Positions 15,040 through 22,936 are shown, counted from the first letter of the stretch. The stretch is DNA of 32,000 nt from an archaeon GW2011_AR10 (GCA_000830275.1 CP010424.1:90001-122000); one strand, 5' to 3'. Program-made: numbers and translations. Notes: generated by a model from the sequence alone, not told the origin.

Positions 15040-16041
15040 TTAAACCGCACATGTTGCCCCAGCTGAATCCACAATTGGAATGCTCTCAAGCGATTTTTTC
15101 ACTTCAATGCTCCCTTTGTAGCTTGAGTAAGCCTGCCCAAGCACTTCTTTTGAATTGATTTCATTCCAGCTTTTTCCATTTTCCTCAAAATAGGCAGCAA
15201 TGTTCACATAGGTTTGAGTGAACCAGTAAGAATTCGCAACCAGCAGCGCATCAAATATCTGTTCTTTTGTTGCACCATGTGAAGCCATCAGCTCTGCCAA
15301 AGCCAAAGCAGCCATTCCATGATTGCAGTCAGGAAAAGCCGTTGCATTATTGCAGCACGGCCTGTAAGTGTTTGCAGCAACTTCCTCAACTATTGCCTGC
15401 TGTTCAGGGGTTAACTGAATTATTTTTGCGCTAGCCAAAAGTTCTCCCCCGGGCTTCTCTCCAAGCGTCCAGCCGCCGGTTGAAGCAAAACCAGACTTGT
15501 TCTCATACTCTGAAATTTTTCCATGCGTAAGAACCTGGTTTTCATTTGTAAGCCCCAGCGCCCAAAGCATGTTCAGGTTAAAGAAAGCTGTTTCAGGAGA
15601 GAAAACAATGTTTTCATCGCTTCCTTCCAGCAAAAGCCTTTCATGCTCAGGGGTAAGTTTTTGGCCGTACCTCGCAAGCGAAGCATTGTACTTGTTTATA
15701 TCAATGCCGCCTGCCTCAACGGTTTTAACAAGCGCATCATTCCATTTTACCGGAAGAACTATGCCCTTGCTCGGCGCAACTGTTCCCCTCAAAATCTCTG
15801 CCCTTGAAGGTTCTTCTTGCCCGGTTTCAGCAGTTTGCGTAGAATTGACTTTAACTGCATTAAATGCATTATTTGTGAGCCCAGTCACTTGCGCTGCGTT
15901 TTCATTTTCAAATCCGTCTTGCCCTGCATCCGCTTCAATGCATCCGCTAAAAAAGGCCAGCAAGACAAGCGCCAAAAAAACCGGCAATTTCTTCATGACT
16001 TCAGCCATTATTACCAAGTCCTTAATATGAATTTTTAACAC
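15040..16041 (-). CDS. Secreted lipoprotein-like protein with a CC...DCNHG cysteine cluster
   Basis: The ORF begins at a GTG at 16041. The likely start is the ATG at 15996 (MKKLPVFLALVLLAFFSGC, lipobox-like). The C-terminal domain reads TYRPCCNNATAFPDCNHGMAALALAELMASHGATKEQIF, homologous to 18274-19056. Confidence 0.75.
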   Translation of the reverse strand: MLKIHIKDLVIMAEVMKKLPVFLALVLLAFFSGCIEADAGQDGFENENAAQVTGLTNNAFNAVKVNSTQTAETGQEEPSRAEILRGTVAPSKGIVLPVKWNDALVKTVEAGGIDINKYNASLARYGQKLTPEHERLLLEGSDENIVFSPETAFFNLNMLWALGLTNENQVLTHGKISEYENKSGFASTGGWTLGEKPGGELLASAKIIQLTPEQQAIVEEVAANTYRPCCNNATAFPDCNHGMAALALAELMASHGATKEQIFDALLVANSYWFTQTYVNIAAYFEENGKSWNEINSKEVLGQAYSSYKGSIEVKKSLESIPIVDSAGATCAV

Positions 16042-16086
16042 ACTATAATAAATTTTATCATTTGCCAGGAAGATTTATTTTATCAG

Positions 16087-17313
16087 TTAGTTGGAAAAAA
16101 ACCACAGTATTGCTGCAAGCGCCAGCATCACAAGGCCCGAAGCAAGCTTCATTTTTCTTTTATTGTTTTTCTCCCATTCAGTGATTTTTTCTGTTACAGT
16201 TCTGCTGCTTGCAACCACCAAAATTGCTATCAGCGGCAAAACGAACATAACATTGTAGATGAGCAGGAGTGTTATGCCCTCAGCGAAAGTGGTTTGGATT
16301 GCGAGCAGTGAAAGAATTCCGATATAAATCCCGCCACTGCAAGGGAAAGTGCACAAGCCCACAAGAAAGCCAAGAATGGCAACCCCGAAAAGAGTCAAGT
16401 CGTTCATTCTCTCCTTTATTATTGGCGCCGCAAAAGCAGGCATCCTCAAGCTGAACCACTTTCCGTAAAAAAAGTAGTCCTTTATGTTTATCAGCGCAAG
16501 AAGAAGCATGAACACTGCGCTTATTTTTCCGAAAAGGTGGGGTTCACCGCTAATGAGAATTGCCTGCAGCAACCCAAGCCCGATTCCAAGGTAAGTTATG
16601 AAAATCATTGCAATGAAAACAATTCCGACCTTCCATATTTCAAGCTTTGATTTTCTCATGCTGTAAAGGAACGCAATGAAAAACAGCAGCACGCCAAAAG
16701 CGCAGGGATTAATGCCATCAATAAGGCCTGTCACAAGCACCAAAGGCAGCAGCGCCTCCTGTGAAACAGTTTTCCCTTTAAGTCCCGCACAATCAACAAC
16801 GCCCTTCTCAATACTGCATTCCCTGATGCCTTTCTCATTCATTATTTTGTATGACTCCAGTTCAGCGAAAGAAAGCATTGAGTCCTGCAGCACAACCATT
16901 TGAGGAAACGGCTTTTCAGAGAATTCCTCGAAAAACCCCTCAAGAATCTGGATAGGCACGTGCCCTTCTAAAACCAGTGAGCCGTCAATTACAGTTACCA
17001 TGTGCCCCTGCATTTCAAGAGGAATGCTCCGCTCAGAGTTCAGCCTCGCTACCTCTTCCCTTATTGCAGGGTCATTAATCATCAGCTTTTCTTCAATGTC
17101 AGTGTAACCATGAAGCTGCAGAAAATTCTTGAATTCCTGCAAATAAATTTCGCAGTGCCCGCATGCCTCGTTCTTGTAAATTACTACTTTTCTGTTGTTG
17201 GATTCATCTCCCGCAAACGCTGCAGATGGCTGTGCAACTGAATCCATTTGGTGGGGTACAGCCATTGCCGCTACAAAAAGCAGGGCAATGGCTGCAAGCA
17301 TAATTTTTTTCAT
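16087..17313 (-). CDS. Thioredoxin-like domain fused to a CcdA/DsbD-type transmembrane thiol-electron transporter
   Basis: 408 aa. A signal peptide is followed by YKNEACGHCEIYLQEF (a Trx/Grx-like CxxC). The 6-TM domain carries the two DsbD-family Cys motifs, GINPCAFG and LCTFPCSGG. Confidence 0.85.
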   Translation of the reverse strand: MKKIMLAAIALLFVAAMAVPHQMDSVAQPSAAFAGDESNNRKVVIYKNEACGHCEIYLQEFKNFLQLHGYTDIEEKLMINDPAIREEVARLNSERSIPLEMQGHMVTVIDGSLVLEGHVPIQILEGFFEEFSEKPFPQMVVLQDSMLSFAELESYKIMNEKGIRECSIEKGVVDCAGLKGKTVSQEALLPLVLVTGLIDGINPCAFGVLLFFIAFLYSMRKSKLEIWKVGIVFIAMIFITYLGIGLGLLQAILISGEPHLFGKISAVFMLLLALINIKDYFFYGKWFSLRMPAFAAPIIKERMNDLTLFGVAILGFLVGLCTFPCSGGIYIGILSLLAIQTTFAEGITLLLIYNVMFVLPLIAILVVASSRTVTEKITEWEKNNKRKMKLASGLVMLALAAILWFFSN

Positions 17314-17331
17314 TTTGGTTCCTGCCGCGCG

Positions 17332-17577
17332 TTACAAGCATTCAGCGTACCTGTCAGGGTGATGGCCCATGTGTTCGCGCCAGGCTTCCTCAGTGTAGCC
17401 TGGGGGCACAGCGCACTTGTCTGAGAGCTCTGCTCCAACAAATTGCTGGTAATTTTCCTGCGTGTTTTCCAGCTGCACGTTAGCAGGCTTTTCCCCGAGC
17501 TTTAAAACCGCGGTTCCAAGCACTGCAATCCCTGCAACTATCAGCAGGGCAACTATTGCGTTTGAGTATGACACCAT
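17332..17577 (-). CDS. Small membrane-anchored protein with a C...HMGHHP...C motif
   Basis: 81 aa with an N-terminal TM helix, then KCAVPPGYTEEAWREHMGHHPDRYAECL. GGGAGGAAG lies upstream of the ATG. The gene overlaps the upstream gene by 25 nt. Confidence 0.6.
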   Translation of the reverse strand: MVSYSNAIVALLIVAGIAVLGTAVLKLGEKPANVQLENTQENYQQFVGAELSDKCAVPPGYTEEAWREHMGHHPDRYAECL

Positions 17578-18011
17578 TTTTCTTCCTCCCTTTTTTTTTG
17601 GGTACTTTGAATTCTTTTTTCCTTAATATAACTGTAAACTGCCACTCCTACAATGCCAAATCCAACAATCCAGAACCCTAATTGCAGGAATTCTATTTCC
17701 TTGAATGGAACGGCTGCAATTATGAGGCCGCTGTTTGCTGCAAGCATGTTCTTTGAAACGCATTTCCTTGAATGGTACATGTACGCTGTAACTCCCAGCA
17801 GTCCAAGCGCTAAAAACCACAGGCCAACAGCGTAATCCTGCAGGAACTCTAAAGGCATTCCCTGCACTGAAATCCCTACCACTGAGAGGCCAGCGATAAG
17901 CAGCAGGCAGGCGTTGTGGCAGACATTGTAGCCGCCTAGAAAGCTGAGCAAACCGGAAGCGCCTGAAGCGCTTCCAGAAAGCTTTTCGCTGACAGCTGCC
18001 CTGTCTTCCAT
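17553..18011 (-). CDS. Membrane protein with intramembrane CxxxC motif
   Basis: 152 aa with SGSASGASGLLSFLGGYNVCHNACLLLIAG, then 3 further TM helices. The ATG directly abuts the upstream stop (TGAATG). Confidence 0.65.
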   Translation of the reverse strand: MEDRAAVSEKLSGSASGASGLLSFLGGYNVCHNACLLLIAGLSVVGISVQGMPLEFLQDYAVGLWFLALGLLGVTAYMYHSRKCVSKNMLAANSGLIIAAVPFKEIEFLQLGFWIVGFGIVGVAVYSYIKEKRIQSTQKKREEEKWCHTQTQ

Positions 18012-18272
18012 TCAGCAGCCACCAACCATGTCAGGAACACTCTGCAGGCTCTGCGGAATTGACGCTGAAGAAGCCGGCTGTGCTTGAATGGCGGTAGTGC
18101 CTCCTTGTTGTGCCTTTAATTGGCTTATAGTTGTTTTCTGCTCTAACACATCCTGTTTCAGCTCTGAAAGCTGGAGTGTCTGGAATGCTGCCAGAACAAA
18201 CATTGCTCCAAGCAGCAGTGACAGCAGTGTTCTAGTGCTTACTGTGAAATTTTCAGAGTTTTCCTCGCTCAT
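18012..18272 (-). CDS. Small TM-anchored coiled-coil protein ending in VPDMVGGC
   Basis: 86 aa with an N-terminal TM helix, a Q/S-rich linker, and the C-terminal octapeptide VPDMVGGC followed by the stop. The SD (GGAGGT) is supplied by the Gly-Gly codons of the upstream gene. Confidence 0.65.
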   Translation of the reverse strand: MSEENSENFTVSTRTLLSLLLGAMFVLAAFQTLQLSELKQDVLEQKTTISQLKAQQGGTTAIQAQPASSASIPQSLQSVPDMVGGC

Positions 18273-18273
18273 T

Positions 18274-19020
18274 TTAACAACCTCCTACCATGTCTGGAAC
18301 TTGGTCAATCACACTTGGTGTTAGCCCCGAGCCGGCTGCCTGTAACTGCACAGCCTCCTCGTACATCTGCTTTGGGAAAAACATGGTTTTCCACAGAGTC
18401 AGCTGTTCAAGAATCTGCTCGTTGGTTAATTCACTCCTGTGGTTTTCAAGCAAGTACATTGCAAGGCCCCTCATTGCGGCGCTGTGAGCGCACCCGCATG
18501 CAGGCTGGCCATTTGGAGCAATAAGCGATGTTGCCCCACAGCAGTACTCGCATGCAATGCTCATCCCAATTTTAATGTAGTCCTGCTTGTTTTGCTCTGA
18601 GAGCTGTGAGAACTTCATTTTTCCGTTAGGGTATAAGTCTCCGTCTAGAGCACTTAAAACAGCGAGGCTCTCAACCGGCTTGTCAAAGCTCACCCCAAGC
18701 TCTTGCCCGTAAACAGGTGGAACGCCTTTTGGCAGGAACTCCTCAAAGGAAATGACCGGGCTGCCTTGCACCTGGCTGCCTTGAGTGCCTGTAACAGGAG
18801 TTGTAGCTGAAACAAGGCCAACAGTTGAAAGCTGGGCTTTCTGGGAGCTTAATTCACTGCTTATTTCTCCCTGCAAAAAGATATTGAATGCGGTTGTTCC
18901 AAGCAAAAGGAACGAAAGAACTAAAACTATTGTATTTGATTCAAGTATTTTCAAAAAATCACCTCGAAAATTTTTATTTAACTGCAATACCTTGTGCTGA
19001 AACCATATATAGGGGTTCAT
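18274..19020 (-). CDS. Signal-anchored cysteine-rich protein (CEYCC...CGCAH cluster) ending in VPDMVGGC
   Basis: The ORF track begins at a GTG at 19056. Alternatives are the ATG at 19020 and the TTG at 18954, which has GAGGTGA 4 nt upstream and gives MKILESNTIVLVLSF. The domain ACEYCCGATSLIAPNGQPACGCAHSAAMRGLAMYLLENH...NEQI is homologous to 15040-16041. The C-terminus is QVPDMVGGC followed by the stop. Confidence 0.75.
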   Translation of the reverse strand: MNPYIWFQHKVLQLNKNFRGDFLKILESNTIVLVLSFLLLGTTAFNIFLQGEISSELSSQKAQLSTVGLVSATTPVTGTQGSQVQGSPVISFEEFLPKGVPPVYGQELGVSFDKPVESLAVLSALDGDLYPNGKMKFSQLSEQNKQDYIKIGMSIACEYCCGATSLIAPNGQPACGCAHSAAMRGLAMYLLENHRSELTNEQILEQLTLWKTMFFPKQMYEEAVQLQAAGSGLTPSVIDQVPDMVGGC

Positions 19021-19573
19021 GAAACCACCCAAGAGAAGGAAATTAAAGCCTTTCACACAGAATTATGCTATGATTTTCTGGCAGAACAAAACAGTAATTA
19101 TTGGGATTGTTGTAATAGTGTCATTTTTAGTGCTTGCATTCAACATTTTTCCTTTCCTTGGTTTAAGCGGGCACACGGAGGAATGCTCTCTGCTGGAAGG
19201 CTGCCCGCACGAGCAAGAGCTTGACTTTCTCCAGACAGCGCTCCCAATAATTATTTCACTTGCACTAATTGTTGGCGCTTCAACCTATTATTTAATGAGC
19301 CAGAAAGTTGAGTCAACAGAAAAATCCCTGAAAAAGAACACTGAAATAATACTCAAGTTCCTTAACGAGGATGAAAAAAAATTGGTTAACCTGTTGGTTG
19401 AAAGCAATGGAAAAGTGCTGCAGGCTGAAGTAACAAGGCTTCCTGGAATGAGCAAAGTGAAAAGCCACCGCGTTGTCCAGAAGCTGATTGACAGGGGCGT
19501 AATTGAAAAGGAAAGCATTGGAAAAACAAATGTCCTGAAATTCTCCAAGGAAATAAAGGAAGGGCTTTACTGA
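19019..19573 (+). CDS. Membrane-tethered winged-helix transcriptional regulator (COG2512-like) with an H-x3-C-x5-C-x-H outer loop
   Basis: 184 aa with two TM helices flanking GHTEECSLLEGCPHE (nt 19172-19210). A cytoplasmic MarR/TrmB-like wHTH follows (EKKLVNLLVESNGKVLQAEVTRLPGMSKVKSHRVVQKLIDRGVIEKE). It is divergent from the 18274 operon. An alternative start is the ATG at 19070. Confidence 0.75.
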   Translation: MKPPKRRKLKPFTQNYAMIFWQNKTVIIGIVVIVSFLVLAFNIFPFLGLSGHTEECSLLEGCPHEQELDFLQTALPIIISLALIVGASTYYLMSQKVESTEKSLKKNTEIILKFLNEDEKKLVNLLVESNGKVLQAEVTRLPGMSKVKSHRVVQKLIDRGVIEKESIGKTNVLKFSKEIKEGLY

Positions 19574-19574
19574 T

Positions 19575-20153
19575 TCACTCAAACTTGATTGAAATTTTGT
19601 CCCCATCTTTTATTATGTGATTCTCAAACTCATTGTTGGCTTGGCTGTTAACTTCCATTGAAACTTTTCCTTGCAGTCCATTTGGGCATGCATCTCCGTT
19701 CTTTTTGTCCATTATTTCTGTTTCAGAAAACTTTACGCCAATGCTTGAAAAGAATACCCCCAAAGTTATCTGGGAAGAATCCGTAATTGTTCCCTCAATG
19801 TGAATCAGGGCATCCTCGTGCGTGTGCAGCAGCCCTGTTCCAAGGTGCTGGCCAGGCGCAGGCAGCGGAATCTGTTTTGCCTCCCCGCAGACTGAAATGA
19901 TTGGTGTTGCATGCCAGTGCACAGGAGTTGCCGGATAGACAAAATTTGCTGTTGGAGCGTTTCCCTGTTGCGTTGCAGCCAATGCAAGCAGTGCAATGCC
20001 AACAATTATTGCTATTCCCGCTATGCCGAAATTCAAGAGCTTCCTATTTCTTTCCATTATTCCAGCTCCCTTAACTGCTTTAAGCTTTTCAAGTTTTCTT
20101 TGTTCCAGCTTAAGCCTTCTGTGCTCATGCTTTGAAAGGTTCTGTGGTTCCAT
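19575..20153 (-). CDS. TM-anchored secreted protein of the conserved HxH...LHTH(D/E) family, function unknown
   Basis: 192 aa with PVHWHATPIISVCGEAKQIPLP...GLLHTHEDALIHIEG...TLGVFFSSIGV. From memory, this pattern occurs in uncharacterised proteins found next to DsbA/VKOR genes. Confidence 0.7.
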   Translation of the reverse strand: MEPQNLSKHEHRRLKLEQRKLEKLKAVKGAGIMERNRKLLNFGIAGIAIIVGIALLALAATQQGNAPTANFVYPATPVHWHATPIISVCGEAKQIPLPAPGQHLGTGLLHTHEDALIHIEGTITDSSQITLGVFFSSIGVKFSETEIMDKKNGDACPNGLQGKVSMEVNSQANNEFENHIIKDGDKISIKFE

Positions 20154-20194
20154 TATATCGCCTTTTGCCTGCCAATATCAATTAACAATTTTGG

Positions 20195-20644
20195 TCACTT
20201 TTTGAACGCGCCCAAGTAGTTTAAAGTGAAAACCAGCAGCCCAATTGTAAGAATGTTAATCAGCCAGCTGAATTGGGTTAGAATAGTAACCGCGCTTACA
20301 GGCAAAAAAAGTGCTCCGAGTGAAGCGCAGGCAGGGCACTGTGCCACAAAAAACAAGCCAAAGGTTCCTGCACCGCTTGCTCCAGCCCCGCTGATTTTCT
20401 GGTTTAAGCTGCATGTTTTCGGCTGCCTCCACAAATATACTTGATAGGAAAAAGTTACTCCGAACAATGCCACAAACAAAACCAGCGTTAAAGCATTAAA
20501 CCAAGGAATTGTTGCAAGCCAGATGTCGAGGTTTCCAATTATTCCAAGAACCTGTGTGTAAGCGTATATGCCAAGCATAGCGATGCCTGAAACAACTGCC
20601 AATAAAATGTGCACAGGGTTTTTCAGCACTTCAACGATTTTCAT
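20195..20644 (-). CDS. Four-TM membrane protein with intramembrane CPxC motif (paralog of 12849-13322)
   Basis: I prefer the ATG at 20644 (MKIVEVLKNPVHILL), which has AGGGAG upstream. The TTG at 20764 in the ORF track would overlap the upstream gene by 59 nt. The motif is SGAGASGAGTFGLFFVAQCPACASLG. Confidence 0.7.
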   Translation of the reverse strand: MKIVEVLKNPVHILLAVVSGIAMLGIYAYTQVLGIIGNLDIWLATIPWFNALTLVLFVALFGVTFSYQVYLWRQPKTCSLNQKISGAGASGAGTFGLFFVAQCPACASLGALFLPVSAVTILTQFSWLINILTIGLLVFTLNYLGAFKK

Positions 20645-20705
20645 GTTCTCCCTTTTGAATGCTAGTGGGGAAGCGAAGGCAGCAAAGCTGCCTCCACTTA
20701 AGTGT

Positions 20706-21533
20706 TTACTGAAGCAATGCATCAATTGCCTGCTTGAATACTGAGTAAGGCTGTGCTCCAACAATTTTCTGGCCTGTGCCGTTGCTTGTGCCTATGAAAA
20801 AGCTTGGCGTGCCGCTCACTCCAAGCTGGCTTCCTTCAGAGAAGTTTGCCTGAACCGCAGAGCTATACTTTCCTGAATCAAAGCACGAATTGAATTCAGC
20901 TGCATTCAAGCCAAGTTCAGTTGCCCATGCCTTGATGTCATCCTTCGTGAGGTTGCTTATTGTGCCCTGCCCGTACTTGTTTTGTTCCTCAAATATTTTG
21001 TCGTGCATTTCCCAGTACTTTCCTTGGTCGCCAGCACACCTCGCTGCTTCAGCATACGGCTGCGCCATTGGGTGGAAGCTTAAGGGAAAGTCCTTGTACA
21101 CGAACAAAACATTTCCTTTGTCAATGTACTCTGACTGAAGCTGACCCTTGGAACTGCTGAACCAGGTCCTGCAGAAAGGGCACTGGTAATCTGAGTATTC
21201 CACAAGAATTATTTCCGCATTTTGGTTTCCAACTGTTGCTGCGGCTCCTTCAAGCAGTGCCTTCATTTCAGGGGCACCAGGAGAAGGCGCAATCTGCTCT
21301 GGAGATTCCTGCGGTGCAGTTCTGGCTGTCTGGCCGCTTGGATTAGTATTTCCGGAAATTTCAATTCCTCCAACAGCGGTTGCGAGCCCTGAAACTTTTC
21401 CGCTAAGGTCGCTGCCGACAAGGAAAATTGCTCCTGAAACAAGCAAAGCGGAGAAAATCACACTTGCACTTAGGAGCATTTGCTTTGAAACAGCGAACTG
21501 AATTGAATTGTTTTCTTTGAGTTTATCATCCAT
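20706..21533 (-). CDS. Membrane-anchored DsbA-like thiol:disulfide oxidoreductase
   Basis: It has the active site YSDYQCPFCRTW, FVYKDFPL, and GVSGTPSFFIG (cis-Pro loop). I prefer the ATG at 21533 (MDDKLKEN), which has GGAGG 8 nt upstream. The ORF track begins at a TTG at 21596. Confidence 0.85.
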   Translation of the reverse strand: MDDKLKENNSIQFAVSKQMLLSASVIFSALLVSGAIFLVGSDLSGKVSGLATAVGGIEISGNTNPSGQTARTAPQESPEQIAPSPGAPEMKALLEGAAATVGNQNAEIILVEYSDYQCPFCRTWFSSSKGQLQSEYIDKGNVLFVYKDFPLSFHPMAQPYAEAARCAGDQGKYWEMHDKIFEEQNKYGQGTISNLTKDDIKAWATELGLNAAEFNSCFDSGKYSSAVQANFSEGSQLGVSGTPSFFIGTSNGTGQKIVGAQPYSVFKQAIDALLQ

Positions 21534-21549
21534 TATTTTTGCCTCCACG

Positions 21550-21843
21550 TTATTTTGTTGTTTTTTTACATGAAATGTCGCAGTCAATTGATTCAACAGC
21601 GCTTGAACTGCTGACAGGGGAAAAATTCAGCGTAACACGCTCCTCTGAAAAAAGCTTTTCCCTTGAAAGGGTTGCAGTAAAGGTCTGTGCGGAGTTATCT
21701 TCTTCAATGTGAAGCGTAACCAGTGCTTCTTCTTCATTTGGTTTGGGTTGATAGGAAAGGAGCACAAAGCCGCTTAAAAGCACAATTGCAATGATTCCAA
21801 AACCAAGGTAAGAATAGACAGAAAAAGATTTCATTTTAACCAT
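21550..21843 (-). CDS. Small TM-anchored protein with C-terminal CxxxC
   Basis: 97 aa with an N-terminal TM helix and a short beta-rich segment, ending ...SIDCDISCKKTTK. It is the first gene of the minus-strand block. Confidence 0.5.
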   Translation of the reverse strand: MVKMKSFSVYSYLGFGIIAIVLLSGFVLLSYQPKPNEEEALVTLHIEEDNSAQTFTATLSREKLFSEERVTLNFSPVSSSSAVESIDCDISCKKTTK

Positions 21844-21879
21844 AATGTAACCTTAATGTAATATGTTTATTTAAACCTA

Positions 21880-22218
21880 TTGCCTGCTTTATTTTTTAGT
21901 GATCAAATGGCTTTTGAATTAGCCGTTACGTTACTTTCAACTGTTTTCTCTCTTGCAGCAGTTGTTTTCGCTTTTCTGCTCTCAAAGGAAACAAGAGGTG
22001 AAAAGTACTGGGTTTTCTTTCTAGTAGCAGCCATATCTTTTTTAGTGGCACACATTTCAGCAAAAGGATTCCTGCTGGGGTTTTCTTCTTCTGATCTTTT
22101 CTTGGTTCAGGAAATAGCCGAAATTGTCGGGGGTTTTTCACTTGCTTATGCGACGTTTGGGCTTTACGCGTCCATGAAGAGAATCCGGGAAAGGACAAGC
22201 AAAGAGCTGGAGGGCTGA
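21880..22218 (+). CDS. Small three-TM membrane protein, unknown function
   Basis: The ORF begins at a TTG at 21880. The ATG at 21907 (MAFELAVTLLSTVF) is more likely. It has three hydrophobic helices and no recognisable motif. Confidence 0.5.
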   Translation: MPALFFSDQMAFELAVTLLSTVFSLAAVVFAFLLSKETRGEKYWVFFLVAAISFLVAHISAKGFLLGFSSSDLFLVQEIAEIVGGFSLAYATFGLYASMKRIRERTSKELEG

Positions 22219-22224
22219 TCCTCC

Positions 22225-22491
22225 TTGAAGTCAATCCTGTTCTACTGGAGCAAGGGTTCCGGAATGAGAGTAAAAATCCTGAACGTAATAGATAAGTGCA
22301 GCAAAGGGAAACAGCCATGCTTTCTTAACCAGATTGCAAAAAAGCTCGGGGTAAGCCATGTTGCAATTAAAAAACACGTTGACTTGCTGCTTGAGGAAGG
22401 TTACATAAACGAGCTTAATCCTGGCGGGAAGCCTGTTTACCTTGAGCTCTCTGAAAGCGGGAAAAGCGTTCTTGCAGAATTCAGGAAATGA
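22225..22491 (+). CDS. Small winged-helix (ArsR/MarR-like) DNA-binding protein
   Basis: FLNQIAKKLGVSHVAIKKHVDLLLEEGYINELNPGGKPVYLELSESG is a typical HTH plus wing. The ATG at 22264 (MRVKILNVI) is a plausible alternative start. Confidence 0.65.
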   Translation: MKSILFYWSKGSGMRVKILNVIDKCSKGKQPCFLNQIAKKLGVSHVAIKKHVDLLLEEGYINELNPGGKPVYLELSESGKSVLAEFRK

Positions 22492-22863
22492 CTATTTTTT
22501 TCCTGTCAAGTAGTTTCTTATCAGATAAAAAAGAGGCCAATGCAAGCAGTGCTCCGCTCAAAGCAAGAATCTGCCTGAAGCCTTTTGAGTTAAGTTTTGT
22601 AATGTCCATATAAGCAAACTTAATGAAACCTCTTCAATGTGCACTCTTCAATGCGCATTTCTTAGTTGCACCAAGTAAGAGTTGATTGCAGCAATGAATT
22701 TCCTGGTGTTCTCCATGTCAATACTGCCTCTCCTGCTCTGCTCCATTATTGACTCAATGTTTTTTCTTGCTCCTGTTATTGCAGTCCATTCAAAGTGTTT
22801 AACAGGTTCTAACGTTTAAAAACCCATTTCCCCAGTATTATTTTCACTGGGCTTTTGGTTTGG

Positions 22864-22936
22864 GGGCGTGTGGTCCAGTGGTTAAGACGCATCGTTCACA
22901 TCGATGAGATCGGAGGTCCGATTCCTCCCACGCCCA
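22864..22936 (+). tRNA. tRNA-Val (anticodon CAC)
   Basis: Hand-folded. Acceptor GGGCGTG/CACGCCC, D arm GTC-CAGTGGTTAA-GAC, anticodon stem CATCG/CGATG with loop TT-CAC-AT, T arm GGAGG-TCCGATT-CCTCC, discriminator A, then T7. Confidence 0.9.

Noticed and set aside
22481-22609. 42-aa minus-strand ORF (MDITKLNSKGFRQILALSGALLALASFLSDKKLLDRKKIVIS) convergent with the wHTH gene.
   Set aside because: It has no SD or promoter signal, it overlaps the 3' end of 22225-22491, and it has a single weak hydrophobic stretch. The evidence is insufficient.
22610-22863. Minus-strand ORF fragment (..HFEWTAITGARKNIESIMEQSRRGSIDMENTRKFIAAINSYLVQLRNAH) upstream of tRNA-Val, considered as a split SSV-type integrase remnant.
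   Set aside because: The frame is closed by a stop just upstream, only about 30 codons follow the first Met, and I could see no integrase motifs (R..HxxR..Y).
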